DNA of 64,000 bases from IMG/VR virus record IMGVR_UViG_3300008110_010000, positions 155,356 to 219,355 of that record; one strand, given 5' to 3'. The notes under the pieces are model-generated. The model made no database searches. It was given only the letters and a program-made list of their open reading frames with translations, and was not told the origin of the DNA. The number at the start of each line of letters is the position of its first letter. Position 1 is the stretch's first letter. The translations under genes and the position numbers were made by a program. Positions 1 through 9,200 of this stretch are shown here, in pieces.

Positions 1-19
1 AGGAATCACACCAAGTCAA

Positions 20-1201
20 ATGATAAGAGAAGGAGCAGCACTTCCTATGGCACAGGCTGTTACTTTTTTTGGAACAGATACCGGAAATAATCTTGAAACA
101 ATATTAGGAATAGACACGGGTTTAAAATGGGATCAACCGCAACAGAAATCAAGAGTAGATCTTCAGGGAAATGATAGAGGATTATTAAATAGCACTTTAG
201 GAAAATATATTGAAGGGATTCTTTCCACTGAAGCAAATGATAATCTCAGAGGAATTAGTAATTTGCTTGGAACTTTTACAGATCCAGATAACCAAGAACT
301 CCAATTAAGAAGACAATTATTCGATAAATTAACATCTGGTGATGGTCCACTAAGTAGAAAGATTTTTGTCGACGTTAACACAGTTAATAAAATGTGGGTA
401 AGAGATGTTGGACTTTCAGGAGGAGAGCAATCTTTCACACTTAAGTTTACTTACAGTTTAACTAGTGTAGGTGAAGTAAACAGCAGAATGTTATTTTTAG
501 ATTTATTTGCTAATTTATTAGCACTTGGAACGGATTATGGAAAATTTTTAACACCGCAGCTTTTAGTTAATTCTAATAGACAGGGGCTAGGATTTCCTAT
601 GGGTAACAAAGGTTATATTCAGCACCTAACACATCCTGTTGAATTTATAAATTCGATGCTGAAACTCAATTTTAGTGCAGAGGTTAAATCCAAAATAGAA
701 AGTTTAAAAGGTGACGTTGAAAAAGCAAAGGAAGAGTTGGAAGGAATAAAAAAAGGAACACCATTAAGTAAGGATGGGAAAATTTATAAGACCCTAACAG
801 CTATGCTTACTAGTGACCTGATAAATCAATTGTATTATGAACCCATTATGCTTTCTGGATATCCCACCGGTGAATGGCACGTAACAGTAGGAAATCCACT
901 CAATCCTATTGCTATGATGGGTAACATGATCTGCGATACCGTAAAGATACGCCTTAATAATGTTTTAGGACCTGATGATTTTCCTACAGAGTTAACTGCT
1001 GAATATTCTATGAAATCTGCTAGACAAAAACATAGGGGTGATTTTGAAAGTATGTTTAACAGAGGAAACGGAAGACTTTATCTTGGTAAATTTGAAATTT
1101 CTGACGCTTCTAAAGGAGCACAGATAGGTGCAAAAAGCGGACTGGATATTAACACACCAACGGGAGATTCTAGAGATTCATCTGCAGCATTTGCGTCTTG
1201 A
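20..1201 (+). CDS. Putative baseplate/tail structural protein, probably 5'-truncated by the window edge
   Basis: The frame is open from position 2 to the stop at 1201. It lies directly upstream of gp53-like and hub genes. No motif confidently recognised. Confidence 0.5.
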   Translation: MIREGAALPMAQAVTFFGTDTGNNLETILGIDTGLKWDQPQQKSRVDLQGNDRGLLNSTLGKYIEGILSTEANDNLRGISNLLGTFTDPDNQELQLRRQLFDKLTSGDGPLSRKIFVDVNTVNKMWVRDVGLSGGEQSFTLKFTYSLTSVGEVNSRMLFLDLFANLLALGTDYGKFLTPQLLVNSNRQGLGFPMGNKGYIQHLTHPVEFINSMLKLNFSAEVKSKIESLKGDVEKAKEELEGIKKGTPLSKDGKIYKTLTAMLTSDLINQLYYEPIMLSGYPTGEWHVTVGNPLNPIAMMGNMICDTVKIRLNNVLGPDDFPTELTAEYSMKSARQKHRGDFESMFNRGNGRLYLGKFEISDASKGAQIGAKSGLDINTPTGDSRDSSAAFAS

Positions 1202-1215
1202 TATAATGGAATGAT

Positions 1216-1803
1216 ATGATAACAATAGACACCTTAGAAAATAAACCAGTTAAACTAGTTAGAGGTGAAGAAATAGTAGATTTTACTTATAAGTCAATTA
1301 ACAGTGACACTATCCCTGGATATTCTAGAGTTATTCTAGTTACCAGGGAAATGACTATGAGGCCAGATCTAATTGCTCATATGTATTGTGGATCACAGAA
1401 CAAGGTAGGAAGTCTTTTAAAGATAAATTCTATTTCCAATCCTTTTTCCCTAGATGAGGGAGACATACTTTATATTCCAGATTCTGAAACGATGAGCAAT
1501 ATTATTGCTAAACCAATAGAGGCTGATGCTTCGGAAGCTAGAAAATCCTTTAGAAAACAATTACAAGAAAGAATATCCAAGGTTTCTGATCAAAGAAAAG
1601 AGTATTTAAATTCAGTAGATATCAGTGCTTCTACCATACTACCTCCCAACGTAGTAAAAGATGGAGACGAACAATTTAAAGTACTAGACGGAAAATTAAT
1701 ATTCGGATCTGATATTGGAGTATGTAGAACAAAAATTCAGCAGAATAAATCTGTTGCAACAATAAAATCAAGATTTGCTCAAAGACAAATTTTTGAAACA
1801 TGA
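1216..1803 (+). CDS. Baseplate wedge protein, T4 gp53 / LysM-like
   Basis: RPDLIAHMYCGSQNKVGSLLKINSISNPFSLDEGDILYIP matches the gp53/P2-X LysM-like pattern, and the baseplate context agrees. Confidence 0.75.
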   Translation: MITIDTLENKPVKLVRGEEIVDFTYKSINSDTIPGYSRVILVTREMTMRPDLIAHMYCGSQNKVGSLLKINSISNPFSLDEGDILYIPDSETMSNIIAKPIEADASEARKSFRKQLQERISKVSDQRKEYLNSVDISASTILPPNVVKDGDEQFKVLDGKLIFGSDIGVCRTKIQQNKSVATIKSRFAQRQIFET

Positions 1804-3326
1804 TAGATCCTAAAAAAACAATTCTCCAGCTTGAAAAGGAAACAATAGTATTAGACGAACTTTCTGTTGTTGATGAGATGAATGCTGGGGACAGTTCAAG
1901 TGTAAATGCATCACAAAGTAGGGAAGAAATTGATATAGGATACGGATTACCCCTGATTAAAATAAACTCTTATGTTGTAAAGAATTTAAAATTTTTCAGA
2001 CTGGATTTATCAAATAAAATTCCAGATCTAATATTCAGATTTACAACAGAGGATGAAACATTTCTTTATACTTCATTTCCTAAGGATGGAGATATTGTTT
2101 GTCTTTATATAAGATCAACATCTGAACTCTATAAACCGATAAGAATGGATTTATTAGTTACTGAAGTAATAAACTCTTTTCCCATGCTAGAGGACGAAAT
2201 AGGCGGTGAAGATAATAGAGCTAATGCTACTAGCACAACTTTTACTATAAAGGCTCAGATGAGAATTCCTGGAATTTATCAGCACCAATCCAAATCTTAC
2301 AAAGATCTGACATCTTTTGAGGTTCTAAGATCTGTTGCCAAAGATCTAGGTTTAGGATTTGCATCTAACGAGAGTGGAACCGATGATAAGATGAGTTGGA
2401 TCTGTCCTAACAAAACCTTTTATAAATTCATAGATGATGTTGCTAATAGCTCATGGAAGGGTGAAGAAGATTTTTTTGATTGGTGGATAGATCAATATTA
2501 TGTTTTAAATTTTATCAATCTAAGAAAACAACTTCTAGAAAAAAGTAAAGACGAAACAAAGATATTAACTGCAATTGGACCGGAGAGGGGAATAGCGGGA
2601 GGATTAACTAGTGATGTAAAACCCTCTGAAATCGATTTACCGCTTTTCTTTACCAATGATTTCTATTATAAAAAATATCCATTTTTTATTAACGCTTATT
2701 CTGTTAAGAATGAATCTGGTTATATTGTGAGTAGATTCGGATATTCCAGGGATCTTCAATTTTACGACACAAAATTAGTTAGTGATAGACCAATTAATAA
2801 GTATGTTAGCTATAAAGTTGAATATGTAACCGAGAAAGATTTAGGTCCTAGTAGCATATTGTTTAAAGGGAGGGTAAACGAAGAGGTTTATAAAAAGGAG
2901 AACAAGAAAACATGGATAGGAACTCAATATGGAGAAAATCAGCATAAAAATATTCAACAGGCTCAGATACAAAACAAGATAAACAAATATGAGAATTTTA
3001 AAGTTTATCTGGAAACCCAAATGCATTCTTATGTTCCGTGGGTCTATAGAGGACAGAATGTACCAACTAAGATCGTACATGCTAGTGCTAGACAAGCAGC
3101 AGTAAATTCTCAGGAGTATAAAGGAGGTGGACAGAAAGATCCAGACCAGTTCCGAGCAGGTGCAAAGGTTGACAATAAATTTCTAAGTGGTGTTTATATG
3201 GTCATGGGATCGTATATTGAGTATATAGAGGGTAGGATCAAGCAGTCGTTTATCCTAGGAAAGAGAGAATGGGTATTAAACGACGGAAGAGGATCAGACC
3301 CAGAACCTAAAGTATCTAAAACGTAA
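1800..3326 (+). CDS. Baseplate hub protein (gp27 / late-control-D-like)
   Basis: 508 aa between the gp53-like and gp5-like genes. Contains TSFEVLRSVAKDLGLGF and a C-terminal LSGVYMVMG...QSFILGKRE pattern typical of hub proteins. Confidence 0.6.
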   Translation: MIDPKKTILQLEKETIVLDELSVVDEMNAGDSSSVNASQSREEIDIGYGLPLIKINSYVVKNLKFFRLDLSNKIPDLIFRFTTEDETFLYTSFPKDGDIVCLYIRSTSELYKPIRMDLLVTEVINSFPMLEDEIGGEDNRANATSTTFTIKAQMRIPGIYQHQSKSYKDLTSFEVLRSVAKDLGLGFASNESGTDDKMSWICPNKTFYKFIDDVANSSWKGEEDFFDWWIDQYYVLNFINLRKQLLEKSKDETKILTAIGPERGIAGGLTSDVKPSEIDLPLFFTNDFYYKKYPFFINAYSVKNESGYIVSRFGYSRDLQFYDTKLVSDRPINKYVSYKVEYVTEKDLGPSSILFKGRVNEEVYKKENKKTWIGTQYGENQHKNIQQAQIQNKINKYENFKVYLETQMHSYVPWVYRGQNVPTKIVHASARQAAVNSQEYKGGGQKDPDQFRAGAKVDNKFLSGVYMVMGSYIEYIEGRIKQSFILGKREWVLNDGRGSDPEPKVSKT

Positions 3327-5455
3327 TGGCCTTTTTAAGCGATATAAAAGATAATGCTACATCGATAGGTAATTCTTCGGATATCCTAAATAGAGGCGTA
3401 GACAAAATGAGAACCCAGTTTTTAAGTGGGTTAAAAACAACTACGTCAGGGCAAAAGGAGGATCCAACTTATACTGGATTTAGACTTATGTTTGATATGG
3501 GATATGGAGGATTAGTTGATCCAGAAACATTTTTACCCGTGAGTCCTTTATTGTCTAAAGGAAGTCTCCAGGTTAGCCCCGGAGGACCTAGAGGTATGAA
3601 GCTAGATTCCCCTGTAGATTTTTTCCATCTTTCTAGAAATAAAATGATGCCTTTTCCAAACTACACTGAAAGACTTCATTATATGACCGCGGAAGCTTTT
3701 TTAAGAGAAAGAAGAAGTGCAGCAGAAAATGGTTTAAATGGTCCTTTTACTGACAACACTGGAAAAGAGATTCCTTTTGATTCATCCCAACTTTCATCAG
3801 GAACAGTTTCCCACAGAGCTGACTCGTTATCAGGATTTAGAAATATTCTAACCTCGATCAATGAAAAAAGTCCTTGGTTTATTCAATCAATAGACGGATT
3901 GGATCAAATTCTTAAAGTTCCCCTAGCTAGACAAATAGGGGGTGGTACAGGAAGGGATCAAAGATCTGGTGTTTTAACTTTTGATTGTTTGGATTCAATA
4001 GATCTTAGAGTTAATGCTATGGCTGAACTCTATAGAAAAGCGACATATGATTTTCAGTATCACAGGGAAATGCTACCTGCGAATCTTAGAAAATTTAGAA
4101 TGTGGATAATAGTAACAGAGATTAGACAAATGGATTTGCAGAGAAATCTTGCAGATGTTCTAAATCCTTTTAATCTATCTGGTGTTAGAAGCGCAGCTCA
4201 AACTATATCTCAAATTGCTCAATCTGCAGGAATTTTAAAAAATAGTGCGACAGAATCAGAAAATCCTAGGAGAGATTTAGAATCTTTGGTTAAATCCTTT
4301 GAAAGATTACAACCCTATGTTTTAATTTATCAATTAGATTTATGCGAATTTAATTTTGACGAAACCTATGCTTTTAGTAGGCTCACAAACAGTAGAAATG
4401 AATCTGCTGTGAATGCTAAATTTAAAATTCATGTTGGAGCTGCTAAGGAGTATAAATTACAGTATAATATTTTATCAGATTTAATTAAAAACCAGTCAAG
4501 TCTTTCTCCTATTTTAATTCAGGATAGCTGGAATTTATTAGGATCTAAAATTCTAATGGAAGGAGTAACATTGGACAATAATCCAAACCTTTTTTCTAGA
4601 CTTGCTAATAACTTCATAAACAATTCTATTGCTTCGGTTATTCAACAAAAAGTAAGTCCTTTGGTGACCGGAGCTCAGTTAGGAAATGCCTACGGATTTA
4701 GATTAAGTGATGCAGTTAGATCCTTAAATTCACTTCCTGATATGATAAACGGGATCAAGACCATAAAAAGTCCTTTTCAAGATTATCGTCCGCAATCTAA
4801 AGGTTTAGGTGGTCCGGAGGAACGACAGTATCCAACTATAAAAGAGGATCTTTATCCTAACACAAGGGTCGCTCCTGGACAGGTTATAGATAACGTGTTT
4901 GGAGAAACCCCAGGGAGAGGTGAGATTCTAAGGGGTGATGTGTATCCGGATAATCCGGGAAAAGATCTCGGTTTGCCTACTAGGATGTATCCTACGATAA
5001 AGGATGACGAATACAGAAACACCGGTGGAGATTTAAGTAATCAAGATTTAGGGGTTCCTGATAGGGTTTATCAAAAAGTAAACGATGACATATACAAAGA
5101 ATCTCCAGGTTTAGATCTTGGATTACCCAAAAGAGTTTATCAAAAAGTAGATGACGACGTCTATACCGGGGTACCAGGGAATGATTTAGGAGTACCTGAA
5201 AGAGTTTATAGAACTAATGATGGAGAGAAAGATGTTTATAACGATGTTCCCGGAAGAGACTTAGGTTTACCCCAAAGAACTTATGCTAGAAACAATGATG
5301 ATGTCTATCCGAATGTATCTGGTTCTGATTTAGGTGCACCTGAGAGGGTTTATCCGAATCTAGACGGTGTTGACACATACAATAATGTTCCTGGATCAGA
5401 TTTAGGACTTCCAAAAAGAAACTATCCAAGTATAGACGAAAACGTTTACAAATAG
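3326..5455 (+). CDS. Tail-tube-initiator-like baseplate protein (gp48/gp54-like N-terminal part) with C-terminal 23-27 aa repeats
   Basis: Tube-like segment LTFDCLDSIDLRV...LPANLRKFRMWIIVTE, baseplate context, and DLGxPxRxY repeats at the C-terminus. Confidence 0.5.
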   Translation: MAFLSDIKDNATSIGNSSDILNRGVDKMRTQFLSGLKTTTSGQKEDPTYTGFRLMFDMGYGGLVDPETFLPVSPLLSKGSLQVSPGGPRGMKLDSPVDFFHLSRNKMMPFPNYTERLHYMTAEAFLRERRSAAENGLNGPFTDNTGKEIPFDSSQLSSGTVSHRADSLSGFRNILTSINEKSPWFIQSIDGLDQILKVPLARQIGGGTGRDQRSGVLTFDCLDSIDLRVNAMAELYRKATYDFQYHREMLPANLRKFRMWIIVTEIRQMDLQRNLADVLNPFNLSGVRSAAQTISQIAQSAGILKNSATESENPRRDLESLVKSFERLQPYVLIYQLDLCEFNFDETYAFSRLTNSRNESAVNAKFKIHVGAAKEYKLQYNILSDLIKNQSSLSPILIQDSWNLLGSKILMEGVTLDNNPNLFSRLANNFINNSIASVIQQKVSPLVTGAQLGNAYGFRLSDAVRSLNSLPDMINGIKTIKSPFQDYRPQSKGLGGPEERQYPTIKEDLYPNTRVAPGQVIDNVFGETPGRGEILRGDVYPDNPGKDLGLPTRMYPTIKDDEYRNTGGDLSNQDLGVPDRVYQKVNDDIYKESPGLDLGLPKRVYQKVDDDVYTGVPGNDLGVPERVYRTNDGEKDVYNDVPGRDLGLPQRTYARNNDDVYPNVSGSDLGAPERVYPNLDGVDTYNNVPGSDLGLPKRNYPSIDENVYK
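4946..5452 (+). repeat. Seven in-frame peptide repeats, consensus PGxDLG(L/V)PxRxYxxxxDDVY, plus one degenerate copy near 4799
   Basis: Read directly from the translation; the DNA copies are diverged. Confidence 0.9.
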
Positions 5456-5471
5456 GGTTTTTATATACTCA

Positions 5472-5479
5472 GATAAATA
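5472..5479 (+). promoter_or_regulatory. Putative late promoter GATAAATA
   Basis: One mismatch from T4 late TATAAATA, 15 nt before the gp5-like ATG. Confidence 0.55.
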
Positions 5480-5494
5480 GAAAAAACCCTTTTT

Positions 5495-6280
5495 ATGTCT
5501 GTACAGAATATTCAAGAATCAAATATTGAAAGAGCCCAGCATTTCTTGGGTGTTGTTGTGGATAACAAAGATCCGGAATTTAGGGCAAGATGTAAAGTTA
5601 AGGTTTTTGGAGTATTTGACGATGTTGCAGATACGGATCTACCATGGGCGTTCCAAAGATTTGATATTTCATTTGGTGACAATGGTGGATCTGGAAGGGT
5701 TAGTATACCTAAATTAGGTGCAGTTGTCCATGTCCAATTCAATAACGGGAACTACTATGCCCCCGAATACAAAGCAGTACAAGAATTATCTTCCGATTTA
5801 ATAGAAGAAATAAAAGCATCTTATGAAGGTGCTCATTCTCTAATCTATGACGGAATAGAACAGCTAAAAATATATTACACTGTTGCTAAAGGACTCGTAA
5901 TAGATTTAAAAGAGTCAACTGTGGTAATTTCTAATGATAATTCAATAACAATAACACATGCTGGCCAAACATCTACCCTTGAATTTAGAGGTGGTAAAAT
6001 TACAGAGTATGCAAATTCTGAAATAGAAAGCACTGCAGTAACTAGAATTAAACAAAGCAGCAACGAAGTTTGGGCAGACGGTAAAACAACAAAGCTTGGT
6101 CATTCCCCTGTTTATTCTGCAGTTTTAGCGGAACCTTTATGGATGTTTTTAAAACAACTCGCAGCAGCGGTAGATGCTAAAGTTCCTTCCTGTCCTGGGT
6201 GTATGGCTACCCTTGCAGAAAGCTACGAACAGCTCTCTACGTCCGATGTGGTTAAGTTAACTAAGAGTAATGAGCAATAA
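5495..6280 (+). CDS. Baseplate central spike, gp5/VgrG-type OB-fold protein without a lysozyme domain
   Basis: LGVVVDNKDPEFRARCKVKVFG...LPWA...IPKLGAVVHVQF is the gp5 N-terminal OB-fold signature, followed by a short beta-rich region. Confidence 0.85.
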   Translation: MSVQNIQESNIERAQHFLGVVVDNKDPEFRARCKVKVFGVFDDVADTDLPWAFQRFDISFGDNGGSGRVSIPKLGAVVHVQFNNGNYYAPEYKAVQELSSDLIEEIKASYEGAHSLIYDGIEQLKIYYTVAKGLVIDLKESTVVISNDNSITITHAGQTSTLEFRGGKITEYANSEIESTAVTRIKQSSNEVWADGKTTKLGHSPVYSAVLAEPLWMFLKQLAAAVDAKVPSCPGCMATLAESYEQLSTSDVVKLTKSNEQ

Positions 6281-9200
6281 TTTAGAAAACCTTGATAAGT
6301 GGGTAAAAGATCTCGAAAACGGTACTATAACTGTTGAAGAGTTAGCTGCAAGATTGTCTTCCATTCCTGATCCTCTCGGGAAGGAGGAAGATATAATTAA
6401 CGCTGGGGAAGAAATTAATAATTCATTAAATCCTGAAGATTTAATACTTACTGATAATGAGATAAATGATATTATATGTAAATACGAGGGCGAGGAATTA
6501 GGAAATAGATTAATCTGGAAAATTTTAGAAAAACTTAATTTAACTTCAGATCTTAAAGAAATTCCGGATTTTTCTAATAATGACTCATTTGAGAAATATT
6601 TTGAAAGAATTTCTTTGCAAGATAGATTACAAAGAGCCAAGGAAATGCTTTTTGATAATCTTGATTTAGATCTTATAGGCATCAAAGTTAAAAGCCCTAA
6701 TTTAAAAAAAAGAAATTTTAAAATTCTAGGCTTTAATTTTCCTCTCAATATCATAACATATAAGGGTAAGCCCTTGTTTTTTCATATAGCTCCTCCTAAG
6801 GTCAACCTCTCCAAAATACTTCAAAGACTAAGAGACAGAATAAAATCTAAAAAGGTAAAGAGCTGCGAAAAGAAAGGAACTTATATAGATGAGGATGATC
6901 TTTTAAAAAAGTTAGAGAATCTTCTAAACGACGAAAAGGAAGAATATAACAATGTATTTGAAATCGCTGATGAGGTTTTTTGTGAGCCTGATATTCCAAT
7001 TAATCCTGAAACGGGGGAATCGCTTTTCACAAAAAACGACTTAACTCAGTTTTTGAAAGAAATATGTGAGCCCGAAATTCCTTCTCCAGAAACACCTATC
7101 GATCCTGAACCTGATATAGAAGATATTTCAGACACTATTAATTCGTGCTTAAAGCAAACTAAATCCATATTTAATGAAGTTAGGGAAAAGAATGAAGAAA
7201 AAGCTAGACTTCAAAAAGCAGAAAAAGAGCTGGAGGAGGTTTTGTTTTATTATAAAATAATTCATAATTATTATGACGAATTATATTCCCAATTTGAAAA
7301 GAAAAGCAAAGCGGGTAAAAAAGGAGATCCATTAAAATTAGCAATCAATTTAGTACTTGGAACCGGAGCTGACGATTATATAAAGAAATTAAATCAATTT
7401 TCTTCAAGATTTCAGTCTACTAAAAAAATAATACTTCCTGGTAGTAAATACATTGGAATATCATTTGGAATAGATTTTCCACACGGCTTAGGGAAAAAAA
7501 TTCCGTATGAGAGAGTAAAAATGGAGGTTAATAACGATCTGATGAGTCAAGATTATCAAAAGGTCGACACATCTAAACTCCAGGTAGGAATGGAGTACAG
7601 CAAGGGTGGATTATTAGGAGGGCAGGATACCTCATTTTTCAAAGATTTTGAATCTTTTTTAAAAATCAAGGATGAAAATCCTAAGAATAAAACAGACTAC
7701 TATAGTTTCGTTAGCGATATAGAAAACTCTAACAAAAGCAAGGGTCAAATTATTAAATCAATAGAATCTGATCATGGATTTTTATTTTCCAATCTAATAG
7801 AGACATCTGCAAGTCCTTGGATATTTTTTACTGCTCAGGAAAGAGGAGATAATGATGCTAGAAAATCTGCCGATATAAAACCAGCAAAAACCGACAAGGA
7901 AGGAAATCCAAACAAGGAATTTGAAGAATTCTGGCAAGACTTTAAAACAAAATGGGACCAAAAGTATAACGATAGAAAGAAAACAATAGAGGATAAAATA
8001 CTGGATTTAAAAAAATCTTCGGATGCCTTAGCAGAAAAAATAGCGGATTATTATTTTACGATCAGCGTGTCTTCTGTAAAGAAAAATAGTGAACTTCTTA
8101 AAGAAGCTTCAGATGGAATAAAATCAAGGGTTACTGCAATTGAAAATTCTTTAATGTCAATAGCTGAGAAGATAACTAAGTTAGATCAGGAGAATTCTCC
8201 AGAGGGACTTTCCACCAAAGCTAATTCCATAAGTTGTGCCACTAAAAAAGAAGAGAAATGCCCAACAGAATGTTGCGGTCCTGCTGGGCAGAGTTTAAAA
8301 TTAAAAGATACATGTGCTTCACATCGATCTCCGGATTGTCCAAATCTTTTTACCAAATGCTATTGGAAAGAGTTTTGTAAAAATTTAAATAAAGTGGGAT
8401 TACTCCCCCTCCCTGCTGGTCTTCCCCCTATAGAAAATCCCGCAAATTTTTTACCGAATCTGGGTTTAAAATATTGGCCGGTAGGTTATCTTCCGCCATC
8501 TTTTATACCTTTACCTCCACCGATAGTGAATCCATTAGACGGGTTACCTTTTATTAGAATTCCTATGCCAATGGTATGGACGAAGGTAGATCCTGTTGTT
8601 ATTCCGATAGGAATTGGGGTCATAGTTATATTCGTTCCTTTCATCGGGGGATTCATGCCTAGCCCCCTAGTTTTTTTCCATGATTTTTTAACTGGGAATA
8701 GTATGTTTCTTCTTGGACTCAGAGGGTTTAGGTTCATTCCTAGAAAATCTGATCCTGTTGCTAACGATCCTCTCGAAAATTACAAAAAGATGCTTTCTAA
8801 AGGAATACCAAACTTTCTTTTTCCTTTTTCCAACCTTGGAAAAGATGACGTTGATGATCCTAAAAGACTTTTCGGAGAAGTTGTTTCGAATCTTGAAAAG
8901 AGACTTGCAAATTATAGCAAGCCTGTAAACATGGAGAAAATCCAAAAATTACAAGACAAGATAACAAAAAAGAAAGAGGAGTCTCAATCTAAGATACTAG
9001 AAAAGAAAAGAAAAATGGCTTTAGAGGGTGGAGATATTAAAAAAGAGAAGGAGGAAATAGACAACTTTCTAAAATCTATAGACGGTGAAAAAATATCAGC
9101 CTTAAAAGATATTATGAAAGAATATTTGACGGGAGCGGTAGACATTCCAGATATTCAGTTCCCTAAAAAATCAAAAAATCTTTTAGTTGATCTGCCCCAG

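Noticed and set aside
6257-6754. 165-aa minus-strand ORF, and the many similar 60-160 aa antisense or alternate-frame ORFs inside long genes
   Set aside because: Fully nested in well-supported + strand genes, with composition mirroring the sense codons.
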